Below, piece by piece: positions 10,090-23,980 of a stretch of 64,000 nt of DNA. The notes under the pieces are model-generated. The model was not told the DNA's origin. It saw only the letters and a list, made by a program, of their open reading frames with translations, and ran no database searches. A program made the position numbers and the translations under genes. The stretch is from Raja brachyura (Eukaryota), in contig OY740803.1 of assembly GCA_963514005.1 (NCBI GenBank), forward strand, positions 15,562,001-15,626,000, written 5' to 3'. How positions within the stretch are numbered: position 1 is the first letter of the stretch; the number at the start of each line of letters is the position of its first letter.

Positions 10090-10600
10090 TTAATTACAGT
10101 TGTATAGTCATAGAGCGTTGAAACAGGCCCTTCAGCTCAACTTGCCCACACCGGCCAACATTTCCCAGCTACACCAGTGCCACCTGCCTGCATTTGGCCC
10201 ATACCCTCTTAACCTGTCCTATCCATGTACCTGTCTAACTGTTTTTAAACGTTGCAGTAGTACCTGCCTCAACTATCTCCTCTGGGAGCTCGTTCTGTGC
10301 ACTCACCACCCGCTGTGTGAATAAGTCACCCCTCAGGTTCCCATTAAATCCTTTCCCCCTCACCTTATTCCTATGCCCTCAGGTTCTTGATTCCCCAACC
10401 AAGTTTCAAGATCTATTCTTCTCATGATTTATTTTCAAGATCTATTCTTCTCGTGATCTATAAGTTCACCCCTCATCCTCCTGCACTCCAAGGAATAGAG
10501 ACCAGGCCTGCTCAATCTCTCCCTATAGCTCAGGCCATTGAGTCCTGGCAAAATCCTCGTAAATTTTCTCTGTACCATTCCCAGCTTGACAACAGTTCTT
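10090..10600 (-). mobile_element. Old CR1 3' fragment
   Basis: Reverse complement shows a CR1 3'UTR and a degenerate RT C-terminus. Confidence 0.7.
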
Positions 10601-11746
10601 GAATATTGTTTTCTACAACCTTCAATCTTCTTCTGCTCCCAGCTTTGGCTGAATGGCAGAGTGCTCTGTTGTAACTGTTAACAAGCAGTGTGCTCGAGGC
10701 TGTGGCCAGCAGCTCTGAGTGGAATCTGTTGGAGCGCAGCCATGCACAATGAGGAAGTCCCTGCCGTACAGAAGGCCTGTGAGTTTGTCCTTCCACTGCT
10801 GCAAGGTGGAAGGTCTCTTCCTCACCAGACTCCCCAACTTTTATTCAGTCCCAGCACTGGCAATGAGAGTAAAGCACAAAGAAAGAGAATGGGTCAGGCA
10901 GCATCTGTGCTGGGGATGGAGAGGTAACCTTTCGGATCGGGACCCTGCTGAGAATCTGCCTTCTGTGAGGATTCCAAGGGCTGAGGTGCAGCAGGTAGAG
11001 CTGCTGCCTCACAGCACCAGAGACCCAGCTTCCATCCTGACCTCGAAAGGTTGTTGATGTCCTCCACCATTGTTCCACCACTCTGTGCCGCTGTAGGCCA
11101 CTTCCGTTCCACGTGCTAGACATCCTAGAGCATTGAGATGAACAGACAATATTATGGATCGAGATCCGAAATATAATCTGTTCTTTCCCCACACAGATGC
11201 TGCTTGTCCTGCTGAGTTTCTCCACCAGTTTGCTTTTGCTCAAGATTCCAGTTCCTGCAGTTTCCCGTGTCTCAACCTGTTCAGTTGTTTTCCTCTTTTA
11301 CATTTTTTAGCAGCACAGGGGCACAGCGGTAGAGTTGCTGCCTTACAGCGCCAGACACGGCTGCACATCGGTGTCAATCTGGTGGAGTCTTCCATCTTCC
11401 TCTTGTCGAGGGGGTGGGGGATTGGGAGGGGCCTCACAAGTGGAATAGCCTGGGGCCTCTCTTCATCTAAATCCGGCCCTGAGGCCCCTGACGAAGTGCT
11501 TCTACAGAAATGGGACATTTGGAGAATGGGGATGTTCAAAAAATGTTTTATTTTCTGTACAATCAGTATCCTGTTGCTGAAATTGCATTATCGGGTGTCA
11601 CGCATCTCAAACCTGTGACTTTCAGACCTGCTAGACTCTGTTAATAAAGGAACTTGATATCAAGGTAAATCACTCCTCTCCTGGCTTCTCCACATATTGA
11701 GCCTTTACGTTTGTCCCTATGTATCTGAACCAGATATCTAAGTGAG

Positions 11747-12280
11747 CAGCACAGTGGCGCAGCAGTACAGTTGCTGCCTTAAGGGCCTGTCGCACTGTCA
11801 CGACCTAATTCACAACCTCTGCCGAGTTTGCCCTTGACTCATACCCGCAGCATGGTTGTCACGAGGTCGTAGGAGGTCGTATGAGGTCATAGGATGTTAT
11901 ATGTAGGTCATAGCAGGCCATGATGCTTGTCGTAGGTACTCGTGGCATCAAGTAGGTTGGGGCGTTTTTCTAGCCTGATAAAAAATGTCCACGAGTAAAA
12001 AAGGTCGTGAATTAGATGATGAAAGTGGGACAGGCCCTTTACAGACCCAGGTTCGAACCTGACTACGGGTGTTGGCTGTACAGAGTTTGTACGTTCTCCC
12101 CGTGACCGCGTGGTATTTCTCCGGGTCCTCCGGTTTCCTCCCACACTCCAAAGATGTACAGGTATGTGGGTTAATTGGCTTCGGCAGAGATTGTAAATTG
12201 TCCCCTAGTGTGTAGCATGGTGCTAGTATATGGGGTGATGCAACTGTTTGCGCGTTGTATCTCTAAACTAAACTAAACTA
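11747..12280 (+). mobile_element. SINE interrupted by a MITE
   Basis: A-box at 11754; B-box GGTTCGAACC resumes after 12041; (CTAAA)n tail. Confidence 0.8.
11782..12038. mobile_element. PIF/Harbinger-like MITE
   Basis: ~36-bp imperfect TIR beginning AGGGCCTGTC(G/C)CACT; TTA TSD at 11779-11781 and 12039-12041. Confidence 0.88.
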
Positions 12281-13654
12281 AGCTTTCATAGAGACACAAG
12301 GGAAAATTGGTAATTGGAGTGACTGAATTGTACTGATGGTAGTTATATAATTATTATTTGAAATTTTATTTCAGAATGCGTTTGTTAAAAGCACATTACT
12401 GAGCCTGCTGAAAATCATCATGTACTTTTGCATACTTGGACAGGTAATTTTATTGCCAAGATTCCTTAGAGTCTGCAAATCAGAATATTTGTAATTGTAC
12501 CGATGTTAAACTTAATTATAAGTGTAAACCCTACAGCGCGGAACTCCCACAGAATCACCATGCTGGCCATCACTATTAGGGGAGGTTATCTTCAATGCAG
12601 CATTATCTCTTGTTATTTTTCAATTTAAATCTATATTGGATTTTCCAATAATAAACATGCCCTCTTGCCCTGAGGAGGAAACTGTAGCAGTGTTTGAACA
12701 TCAAGTCATCAGGCAGTGAACACACCCTGTGATATGCGTAAAAAATTCCCATGCATTAGTACATCAAAATCCACAGTAGAAATGAACAGGTGGCTTGCTT
12801 TACTCTGGTCTGTTGCAGAGTTTATTCCACTGGAAATCTGAACTGATTTTTTAATCTATATACTATAACCCTTCGCTTTTCCCAGGAATATTAATCATCA
12901 TTTTGTTGGGGAAAACATTCTAAAATTTAGTGAACGGATTTGTTTTACCTTGTCAGCTTTCCACCCATAACTAAAAGTACAGTTAATTGGAAATCAGACA
13001 ATGTCTTGATATTGCAATTACACAAAAGTTAATGAGTACGTTTGTGTTCAGTTCATTTCTGAACGAGAAAGAAACCAGAAACCAGAAGTAATGGCTTTTG
13101 TGGTTTAATTTTTAGCGCACATTATGAATTGGATACATTTTTCATTTACTAAAGTAGCTGCACTTCAAAGGACTTCAGATTTGAAATTGAATGTCACCAT
13201 TTTTGGTGCACAGCATAGCCACAAGTGTTTGTCCCAATGCCAAGTCATGTGTCATCTTTAAACAATCTAAGTGGGACATCCACACTTGAGTATATCTTGG
13301 CTCTCTCCCATTTAAAAGCAGTACATGTTTACAGATAGCAGCTGCTACATGAGCTTACTGTGTCCCTGCATTCACTGCTGCCCACGAGGAAATGGGGCAA
13401 GTCTGTTGTAGAGTTCTTTCTGTGGCATCCATAGACCGTATTGGAATGTTAGAAGCTTCATGCCATGCATTGGAATTAAAGATAGAACATAGAACAGTAT
13501 GCCACAGGAAGGGCCCGTCAGCCCACAGTGTTTGTGCCAAACATGATGCCGTTAAACTGATCTCATCTGCCTGTATATGATCTATATCCCTCTCTTCCTT
13601 ACACTTCCATGTGCCTATCTAAAAGCCGGGCCGACCCTTACTTCACTGATTCGG

Positions 13655-14085
13655 TCTTTAGAGATACAGCATGGAAACGGCCCGTCGGTGCTGACCTGCA
13701 ACCACACTGTACACTAGCACTATCCTACACACCTGGGACAATTAAGCGTGTTACTGAAGCCACGTAACCTACAGACCTGTATGTGTTTTGAGTGTGGGAG
13801 AAAACCAGAGCACCCGGAGAATGCCCACACGGTCACAGGGAGAACATACCAACTCCATGCAGACAGCACCTGTCGTCAGGATCGAACCCAGGTCTCTGGC
13901 GCTCTCAGGCTTCAACTCTACCACAGCGCCACAGTACCGCCTGCTAAAACAGAGTACCCGGAGGAAACCTACATGGTCACAGGGAGAACATGCAAACTCC
14001 ACACAGGCAGTACCCGAGGTCAGGATCGAACCCGGGTCTCTGGCGTTGTGAGGCAGCGGCTCTACCAGCTGTGAGACTGTGCCGC
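13655..14085 (-). mobile_element. Tandem SINE copies (one near-full, one 5' half)
   Basis: Two reverse-strand tRNA-like heads (GGATCGAACCC) with the family body. Confidence 0.75.
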
Positions 14086-14784
14086 TTGTTCTATTGAGGA
14101 TATATTGTACTCATGTATAATATGATTTGACTGGATAGCATGCAGATAAAGTAAACTAATCGCTCTGTCAGGATTAGTGCAGATGCAGGAATTAACTCTC
14201 TGGCACTGGCAGCATTCTACTGCCTTTTGGTTAGATTAATTTGGAGAATTGTCAAGCTCTATACAAGGAAGATAAGATGTCACCCCTGTGGTTTTCACTA
14301 TGATTTAGTTCCATTTTCTCAAGTCCCCGAAACATTGTGGCAAATGACTCCATTTAAAGTCAAGTAAAGGTTGCACTCGTAATGGGATCATGTTATTATG
14401 CAGAGTGGCTACCAGAACTCCTGGCGTTCCACTGAGAAGTTTCATGACCATAATAAATCAAATCTAAATCACAGCCCAGATTTTGGTTTCATCACTCCCT
14501 TTTCCTCTCATAGTCATCTCTTGGTCAAGTTTATTTGATCTGGAGGAGTGTATCTTGTTGATTTGAAGAGTCACGGAGTTCATCTCCATGAGGAGTAAGA
14601 ACTGCCAGAGCCGAGAATTGAAAAGGCCTTATCTCCCAAAATACCCTTGTCAACACAAGCAAGTTTTGGTTTTATGTTTCTTGACATTTCTCATTCAAAA
14701 CCATTTAATATCTATCAAACTATAAAAATATAGAAAGGATCTAAACGAGGTGCTATTCCAAAAAGGCAACCAGCGTCATAAAAA

Positions 14785-15120
14785 ATTATACCAAGCCAAT
14801 TAACCTACAAACCTGTACGTCTTTGGAGTGTGGAAGGAAACCGGAAATCCCGGAGAAAACCCAAGCAGGTCACAAGTACAAACTCAGTACAGACAGCACC
14901 CGTAGTCTGGATCAAGCCCGGGTCTCTGGCGTTGAAAGGCAGCAACTCTACCGCTGCGCCACCGTGTCGTATGTATATGTGTGCGTGTGTGTGTGTGTGT
15001 GTGTGTGATTTATAAAACATACTGTACATATATAAAACTCTCCGCACTAAAAGCACACTTGGTCAGGATTTAACCCGGGTCTCTGGCACTGTGAGGCAAC
15101 AGCTCTACCAGCTGCACCAC
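14785..15120 (-). mobile_element. SINE fragments flanking a (TG)n microsatellite
   Basis: Family body and head at 14785-14966 and 15040-15120; TG repeat at ~14975-15006. Confidence 0.7.
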
Positions 15121-16579
15121 TAACCTGCTTAAAAGATGATGTTTGAACTGAAATGAAATGGGAAATCTCCAGTGAAGATTTCATAAGGATGGAGAAAAGA
15201 GAGTGACAATGAATGCAGAAAATGCAAGAGAAAAAGTATAGAATCATATTGAAATTTGACCCTTCAGTGCTCCTGATGAAAGCACACACCCAAAGCATTT
15301 CAGGTTTCATACACCGTTTGATCTGATAATTTTCATTAGATCCCGGTATACTTCGGTATATTAGGTCACGGTAACTTGAGAGGATGCCCACATTGCATCT
15401 GATCTATTCCTTATCATCTGGTACTTGAGGTCTGAGAGCACTTAATCCTGTCAACAAATGTAAGGTTGTGAAAGGACCCAGTTGGCTGCACTGTCATCAC
15501 TTGCTGATCAGAACTCACGTGTACGGCCACACACACGTACCACACAAACCAAGCTAAGGAAGGTAAGGTGCCTACAAAAGTTAAAATATCATTCAGAATT
15601 AGCTCAGCACTGGCAATTGTTTTTTTCTTTCCACAGATATATCAAGATGGATGTGGCCTGCAGAGTAGAATTTGCTGGAGAAATCTTTAACCCAAGCTTC
15701 CGTCTTGTTTCAGTGCAAATCAATGATTTGATCGTCCTGCAATCAGTGTGATTTTGCATCGACCAATCTTTGATAAAATTGTATTTATTCGGACAGGATG
15801 AGCAGTTACATGGAAACAACAATTATTTTCTGATAACAGCTCTGACAGCCTGAGGGATATGGCACCGGTTTTATTTATAAATGACTGTTATTAAATATGA
15901 CACCTTTGTCAAGTGAATCGCAGGAAGCCATTTAACCACAAACCAAAGCAGCTGGTTTATGAAATGTTACCTTAAGGCCGAGGCCACCCAAGTAGAACAA
16001 TATCTTCATGTGTAACAGCGAAGAGGCTCCTGTAAATGGCTTGTCTCGTTAAGGTCTTTGGAACAGTTTTCAAACAAATTTGACTAATTATTTGAAAAGC
16101 TTCATGGCTCTATTCCATTTGATCTGGGCAAATCGAACCAACCCAGGATTCCTAAACTAAGGAAAAACACATGTGACTGCTGATTAAAGGTACAATTAGT
16201 CATAGAGATTCAACTGGTTCCAATCAGTATGTAGTCATTAGACCTGCAGAGGAAATACATCGGAGCTTCTGTTTTAGATTAGTATAGAGATTTTAAACCT
16301 TTTTTTAACAGTCTATTATTTACCTTGGTTATTGAATAAAAACAAATTAATCCTATTGAATAATTTTTCCCATTGATTGATGGATGTCAAGGAGAAAATA
16401 CAATGGAATAGAGATGCATGTTATCTTTCATATGTTTCACCTCCAACACAGTAACATATGTGTGTAGTGCTTCGTTCTGTCATTTGTCTTCATTGACTAC
16501 TCGGCAAATGAAGTTCAAAACCATAATTTTTAAAGTTTTAAATAATAAGCACTAAGTAACTCACAAAGTGCTAGAAAAC

Positions 16580-16607
16580 CTGAAGAAGGGTCTCGACCCG
16601 AAACGTC
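16580..16607 (+). ncRNA. Minimal type-I hammerhead ribozyme core in a Penelope pLTR-derived repeat
   Basis: CTGAAGA-A-GGGTC-TC-GACCC-GAAA-C-GTC reads as CUGANGA box, stem II, GAAA box and GUC cleavage triplet. The 5' strand of stem I is missing in this copy. Confidence 0.65.
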
Positions 16608-17439
16608 ACCCATTCCTTCGCTCCATAGATGTTGCCTCACCCACTGAGTTTCTCCAGCATTCTTGTCTACCTTCGAATGTTCCAGCATCTGCAGTTCATT
16701 CTTCAACAGAAAATCTCAGCAGGTCAGGCAGCATCTGTGGAGGAAATGGACTGATGATGGTTCGGATCGGAACCCGTAAGGGTCCTGACCTGAAACGTCA
16801 TCTGTCCATTCCCTCCATAGATACTGCCTGACCTGCTGAGTTACTCAAGCACTTTGTGTTTTCCTCAAGATTCCAGCATTTGCAGTTCCTTGTGTCTCCA
16901 CCACTCATCAACTATCTTCTGTTATATGAAAGGAAAGAAGTTGTTGAATTTTTTTTTAAATAACCATGAGGAATTTAAAATCTGGATATTCACAGATGGT
17001 AGATTGAAAATGAAATTTGAAATGATTATTTTAGTGATAAATCTATTCATAATGTGTTACTTTAACTTTATTGCAGCTAATCTTTTTTGTATTAGCAGTA
17101 TTTTTTAACATTTTTTTAAAATATTGCGCGTTAATACACTCCCAATTAGTTCAGACAATTTCAGACAAAATGGAAGGAAGATATTTTAAAAATACACAGA
17201 AATTTGAAACTCTGATTGAACTTAAACTGGGAACTCCATCCCAAAACATATTATGTCTGTGTTACCTCTGTGTTACCTGAAACTTTAAATATTGGGCAAC
17301 AACATGACAAAGTAATACGACGTGGATTAGGTCAAGATATCCCTCTGCAAAGTATTCATGTGTTTGATGATTCTTTCACCAGAATGGCTGGCAATATATA
17401 TTTGGGGGCTACAAAGCTGAGGAACACCAGTTACAGAGA

Positions 17440-17550
17440 GGAGAAGATTAGTTACCAACAGGAGGAGATTAGTGACAAAAAGGAGGAGGATCAGTTACCA
17501 ACAGGAAGAGATTAGTTGCAAACAAGAGGGAGATTGGTTACAACAGGGGG
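17440..17550 (+). repeat. Degenerate minisatellite, ~21-22 bp x 5
   Basis: Recurring GGAG(A/G)AGATTAGTTACCAACA-like units. Confidence 0.65.
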
Positions 17551-17949
17551 AATATGCTTCAGCTCCAGTGAATTAGGATTGCAAGCAAATATTGAGCTGT
17601 AAAATCAAAGGCATGTGATGGTTTCATTTTCTTGAATTATAAAGTGGGAATCATTTTTTTAAATATTTTATTAATTTAATAATTTCTAGTGGGTTTTCTC
17701 TGAGATCTTCGGTTTCCTCCCCACACTCCAAAGACGTACAGGTATGTAGGTCAATTGGCTTGGTAAATGTAAAAAAAAAATTGTCCCTTGATGTGCGGAG
17801 ATCGCTGGTCGGCGCGGACCCAATGGGCCTGTTTCCGCGCTGTATCTCACAAATTAAACTAAAATAACTGGCACATGATGAACTGCTATAAGTTTGCATT
17901 AGTTGTGAAAATAATTCAGGGAATTATAGGCGAGTAAAATCCGCAGCAA

Positions 17950-19450
17950 TCACATCTGGAGTGTTTGTACCGTGAGGAACATCTGTCCTGCGGTGTGTGA
18001 GGTGTGGACAATGCGATGAATGAGGAAATAAGTTGTTCAGTAATATTGATCCAGGGAACAGTAAAACCACTCAGGTTGTATCAAAGGTTAGAATTGGTGA
18101 ATGGATGAAGGACTTGATTTGGGATGTAACATCAAGAAGATGCGGGTGTGCAGGAATCCCACCTTTGGCATTCTCCAACAGGTATAAGGTGCTTCTTCCC
18201 TGTATAGATGGGAGAATAGCTAATTTGACAATGGCATCCAGGAAAACATTTGACAGAGGGGATATCATAATCCATGATGGGATATCATAATCCATAATCC
18301 ATGGAAAGAGTCACCATCATGATTTGACAGAATCCCAAAGTCTGTGTAACTCTGGGTTAATGGCACCCCTAGAGGGCCAGAGAAGAAATGTAAGGGAGGA
18401 TCCACTCATCATGGTCCGAAGATTGAACTAGGAAGGAGGTCCAGCTGAGAGGATTTGAGGAACGGAGGTCAAAATTAAAATACATAACCGCATGGGATAT
18501 TAATCTTGGGATTGCAACACAAACCATAGAGAAAATTCATGACATAGAACAAAGCAGAAAATATATCTATTTTTATAGGATTCTGGCACCAAGACTTGAG
18601 TGAGTGAGAACCATTCCAATATGAACCAAGTGTGTAGGAAGGAACTGCAGATGCTGGCTTACACCGATGATAGACACAAAATACTGGAGTAACTCAGCAG
18701 GACAGGCAGCATCTCTGGATGGAAGGGTTGGGTGACATTGCGGGTCGAGACCCTTCTTCGGTTTCTAAATATTCTGAAGAAGAATATACAGAAGAAGGGT
18801 CTTGATCCGAAACGTCACCCATTCCTTCTCTCCCGAGAGGCTGCCTGTCCCGCTGAGTTACTCCAGCATTTAGTGTCTATCGGCCCAATGTGAACCAATA
18901 TGTTCTCAGTTTAATAAAATAAGGGCCAGTATCCTTACCAATCAGGTAACTAGAGAAGTACAGAGCTTTAAGCATCTACAGGGTGGCGAAGGATTGCTAG
19001 AAGGGCAAAACTTTGTTTATAGAAAAGGTTCAACCCATTTATTTGTAAGGCTATTGATGAGCAGAGTGAGACTGACAGGAACAGTTTAATGATGAATACA
19101 TCAATAAATAAAGCCAATCTATAAAAGTAAAAAAAATCACAAGTGCTGTGTCTGAATGCACAAACAATTCACAATAAAATAGATTAATTAATGGAATAGA
19201 GACCTAGTGGTTTCATCTAATAGCCACAAGCAATAGGTGGTTGTACTGGAGACCATGGGTTGGATTAAGCATACCTGGGTTCCTGATGTGGGGGAAGGGC
19301 AGTCTAAAGAAACAGGTGGAGTTGTGTTTGGCATTTTAATAAAAATCATGAAAGGGCAGTTCTGAGATATCCCCTTGGGTGTGAGGAAGAGGTTTAGAAT
19401 CAACATTGGTGGAGGTAAAGACAAGCAGTAGCTTCTAGGCCCCACTGAAT
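17950..19450 (+). mobile_element. Ancient CR1 ORF1 and endonuclease remnant
   Basis: ORF1-like 'SNRYKVL' near 18172; APE-like 'CLNAQTIHNKID' at ~19148. Heavily decayed and interrupted. Confidence 0.5.
18630..18884. mobile_element. Fold-back Penelope pLTR-derived element with 14-bp TSD
   Basis: Inverted arms; TSD CCAAT(A/G)TGAACCAA at 18616-18629 and 18885-18898. Confidence 0.8.
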
Positions 19451-19453
19451 TTG

Positions 19454-20060
19454 GTGCGGCACAGCGGTAGAGTTACTGCCTTACAGCGCCAGAGACTCGT
19501 TTGATCATGAGTGTGTGTACTTGCCTTCACGGAGCTTGTACGTTCACCCTGTCACCGTGTGGGCTTTCGCCGGGTGCCCAGGTTTCCTCCCACATTCTAA
19601 AGACGTGCATATTTATACGTTAAATGGCTGTTGTAAACTCTCCCTAGTGTGTAGGATAGAACTAGAGTGCAGGTGATCTCTGGGCTAATAACCAAGAACA
19701 ATTATTTCAACAAGGGAGGCAAGAAGCTGCAACTCACTGCCTGAAGGAGAAGTGGATCCTCTCCATTTCACAATCCTCTCCACAGTGCCAGAGACACGGG
19801 TTTGATCCTGACTACGATTGCTTGTCTGTACGTAGTTTGTACGTTCTCCCCAGGACGTGCGTGGGTTTTCTCTGAGATCTTCGGTTTCCTCCCACACTCC
19901 AAAGACATCCAGGTTTGTAGGTTAATTGGCTTGGTGTAATTGTATAAAAGTAAAATTGTCCCGTGTGTATAGGATAGTGTAAGTGTGTGGGGATCGCTGG
20001 TCGGTGCAGACTTGGTGGGCTGAAGGACCTGTTTCCGCGCTTAGTCTATGAACTAAACTG
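19454..20060 (+). mobile_element. Two SINE copies
   Basis: Heads at ~19454 and ~19782 with family body and tail. Confidence 0.75.
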
Positions 20061-20261
20061 AAATAAATTGAACGGTACTTTCGGTGAACTTGGGCCCAGC
20101 TCAATTCCTTGAAGATGTGATTAGAATAGAGAGTAGATTAGAGTAGAGAGGTCTTCTATCAACCCACATGGACATAATGGGCCAAGTGGTAGTGTCAAGT
20201 AATGTAATTTTCTGTGACAATATGTCTCTGAACCAGGTATGGGTAATATCGCAATCTTAAT

Positions 20262-20640
20262 TAGTTTAGTATAGTTTTAGTTTAGTTTAGAAATACAACG
20301 TGGGAACAGGCCCTTCGGCCCATCGAGTCCGCACCGACCAGCTATCCTCGCACACTAGCACTATCCTACTAGGGACATGTGTTGTGCCTGATTACACAAA
20401 CAATTCACAATAAAATAGATTAATTAATAGAGTAGAGACCTAGTGGTTTCATCTATGCCAAGCCAATTAGCCTACAAGCCTGTACGTCTTTGGATTGTGG
20501 GAGGAAACCAAAGGTCTCAGAGAACATACACGCAGGTCACGGGGAGAACGTACAAACTCTGTACAGACAACACCCATAGTCAGGATCGAACCCGAGTCGC
20601 TGGCGCTGAGAGGCAGCAACTCTACCGCTGCGCCACTGTG
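20262..20640 (-). mobile_element. SINE containing a 77-bp templated insert
   Basis: Full family structure; 20379-20455 is a copy of 19143-19219. Confidence 0.8.
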
Positions 20641-21149
20641 ACGCTCTACATTAGTCCTACAATACTGTCCTACAATATTGTCACAAACGAGGGGGACTGC
20701 TATCAACATATTTGCTTATCTTTTCAAAATAATCTAGTGCTGATTGAAACACTTCTAATAATGTAGGTAATAACTGCAATTCATAGCCAGTCTGATAAGC
20801 CCTATTCAGCAAAAGACATTCATTATATTAAAATGTATATGTTATTGCAATTATTAACAGTAACTTTCATTCATGACACAATCATTCCTTGTATTCATGA
20901 TTAATTTCGTTCATCATAAGTTATAGTTCGATTGTAACTGGACAAACATGTAATTATAAAATGTCCTAATTGAAATTGCAATTTTTTTTAAATTGAAAAA
21001 GCAATCAAAACCGAATTCTGTGTGAAAAGTGTGTAAAAGACCAATTAAAACATTGCCACTGGTTTAACAAAATTAATAAACACTACATTTAGTGAAACCT
21101 CCAATACTATCAGCATTTAGCTGCAGTGTAACAACTAGTTTATCAACCA

Positions 21150-21398
21150 TGGGCGGCACAGTTGTGCAGCGGTAGAGTTGCTGTTTTACAGTGCCAGAGA
21201 CCCGGGATTGATCTGAATACTGGTGCTGGCTGTACGGAGTTCGTTCGGTCTCCCCGTGACCTGCATGGGTTTCTCCGGGAGCTCCGGTTTCCTCCTGCAC
21301 TTCAAAGACGTACAGATTTGTCGGTTAATTGGCTTGGTAAATTGGTGGGTTGAATAGCCTGTTTCTGCACTGTATTGCTAAACTAAACTAAACTAAAC
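21150..21398 (+). mobile_element. SINE
   Basis: tRNA-like head, family body, (CTAAA)n tail. Confidence 0.8.
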
Positions 21399-22943
21399 TC
21401 ATCAACAAAAAAAATGATATCTGCCTACATATTCTCTAATTATGTGATTTTGCTAAAATATGTTTGCATTTCTACACCTAATCTCTGGAACACAATATCT
21501 GGACAACAGAAAATCTCTCGCAAGAAAACTCGTTCACTGGAATTTACCAGGATTAAATACTAACTTGCTTTTCATTTAAACCAAAAAAAAGTTAAATTCA
21601 CTGTCTTCAGAACATTTGTTAAGCATTATTTTCTTTTGTCTCTTTTGTCCCAAACCTATTCTCCTGCTTGTCTTACTTTGTAAAACATTCCTAAAGAGTT
21701 AAAAGGGAAACGATTATACACAACTAATCATTAGCTTCTTACTGATCTATTGAGGCCTTATATTCAATCAGACAAGTTCAATATGTTGTTAATTGAAAGG
21801 GAATGTGATACCGAGAGTAAAGAAGTCATTGCAGTCTTCATAACACATCTGGAGTTTGATATCGGTTATTACCACAGGTGGTAACTCCAGCGCCAAAATC
21901 AATGTAAACCGAGCTGTCAATGCATTTTCAAAATAATGGGACTAGGAACTATTGAGTGTATTAGACTTCCTCTTGTATGCAATCAAGGCCTTTTTTTAAT
22001 TGTGTGAATGGCGTGGAACAATAGTAATACAAGAAATATAAATGTTGTAGGATCCGTACAATTACATTTTGAAAATAAGCACCAAGTTAGTTTGTTAAAC
22101 CTCAGGAACTTCCTTCCTGAACATTATGTGTATCCATCTATCTTGCCCCATCTGTTTCCCATTGATTAATATATTGCACCAGTTTGCGTGTTAGCTATGA
22201 TCATGTCAGTGCTTACCAAACTTATTTATTTACAAAGATCTTGAGAGTGACACAAACCATTTAATTGCTTCAATTGAATGCAATGCCATTTTGATGAAGA
22301 TTATATGATTGATTTATTTCTTAAGGATTACATTGCATGTGTGAGGAAGTGCGATGCCTGCTGTGAATTATCTAGTACATTACATCTGGATGCCTGCGAG
22401 ATGTATGAGTTAATTACACATAATAGCAAATTTCCCAATTTGTGGCTTGTGGAAAGGCAGATCTTTCAAGGCCATGTTCTCCAATATCTGGAAAATTATA
22501 GCATGTGGTCATGAACGCTATTAAGACTACAAAGTGTAAGAGCTAATCTCTTTCGGATAAGACATTAACCCAAGTTCCGATTACCATCTCAAATGGTCAA
22601 GATGTGAAAAGAAAACTCCAAGGCATAATTTGTTGAAGAGCAGGGGAATTCTCTTGAAATTTTTATCCAACTGCTTATTCTCAACCATGGTCATTCAATT
22701 TCACCGTTTGTTCATCGCAGTTTGACCAGCTTTGCTGTGCATAAATTGGCTATCATCTTTACCAATAAAATAGGAGTTATCACCCTTCAGAAATAATTTA
22801 TTGGCTTTAAAGTGTGCTGAGTCAAGAGTCAAGAGTGTACTATTGCAATATGTCCCAGACAGAACAAATTCTTACTTGCAGCAGCAAAACAGAATATGTA
22901 AACACACTACTCTGTATACAATAAAATAAATGAAAAAAACGTT

Positions 22944-23145
22944 NNNNNNNNNNNNNNNNNNNNNNNNNNNNNNNNNNNNNNNNNNNNNNNNNNNNNNNNN
23001 NNNNNNNNNNNNNNNNNNNNNNNNNNNNNNNNNNNNNNNNNNNNNNNNNNNNNNNNNNNNNNNNNNNNNNNNNNNNNNNNNNNNNNNNNNNNNNNNNNNN
23101 NNNNNNNNNNNNNNNNNNNNNNNNNNNNNNNNNNNNNNNNNNNNN
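22944..23145. other. Assembly gap (202 N)
   Basis: Run of N. Confidence 1.
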
Positions 23146-23761
23146 GTGTAAAAAGACAAAGCCGATGCGACCGTGCACACACACACAGGCACATCCAAAG
23201 GCGGGGGCCAGGGAAAGCGGGGGAGCGCTGTCTGAAATTCTGATCCGCGATGAAGAGGAAGGTAAAAGACGGCTGCACAGTGTACGGTAAGTCCTTTAGA
23301 GAGGGTGGAAGGGGGGGGAGAGAAGGGGAGAGAAGGGGAGAGAGGGGGAGAGAAGGGGGGAAAGGAGTGGAGACACTTTTAAGTAGTATAATAAAGTTAA
23401 GCGGGGATTTTACCTACCCGTCGGTTTTCCTGGGTCATGAAAACTCCATTGGCCCAATCAAAATGCCTGGTCAGCGAAGGAGATTGCGTACGGCTGCCCT
23501 CGACTGCTTGTAACTAAATAGCGACCCCACTCCACTGAACTACGAGTTAAAAAAAACCATGCCGTCCAAGGTTTATTCGCGGAACATTTTCCGCGACCTA
23601 GCTGAGGCTGCAAGTATTTGGGAACTTCCCTCGAGCATGAAGGAGAGTTCCAGTGACCTCATAGGACCTCCTAGGACCACGTGCCGACCATGCTGTAAGT
23701 TTGAGTCGAGGGCAAACTCTTCTTAACTCACAGATTAGGTCGCCGCAGTGGGGCAGCCCCT
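23146..23761. mobile_element. Harbinger-like non-autonomous element, left end lost in the gap
   Basis: Right TIR CAGTGGGGCAGCCCCT followed by TTA; subterminal motifs resemble the 11782 MITE. Confidence 0.65.
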
Positions 23762-23764
23762 TTA

Positions 23765-23980
23765 TTTGGAGGTGGTAGTGATGGCTGTAGGGAAGAAGCT
23801 GTTTCTGAACCTAGTCATTACTGTTTTCAGGCTCCTATATCTTCTTCCTGATGGTAGGAGTGAAATGAGTGTGTGGCCATGATGGCGTGGGTCTCTGGTG
23901 ATGCCTTTTTGAGGCAGTGACTCCTGTAAATCTCATTGTTGGGGATCAATACCCATGATGAACTGGGCAGCGTTCCCAGC
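23765..23980 (-). mobile_element. Rex1/Babar-like fragment
   Basis: GGGAAGAAGCTGTT...CTTCCTGATGG motif, shared with other Rex-like pieces (35060-35290, 55365-55600). Confidence 0.55.

Noticed and set aside
15620-15751. Host exon after a strong acceptor (TTTCTTTCCACAG)
   Set aside because: No recognisable protein in any frame and no matching donor; the same applies to candidates near 2981, 50760 and 63880.
22840-23278. ORFs spanning the N run
   Set aside because: Artefacts of the assembly gap.
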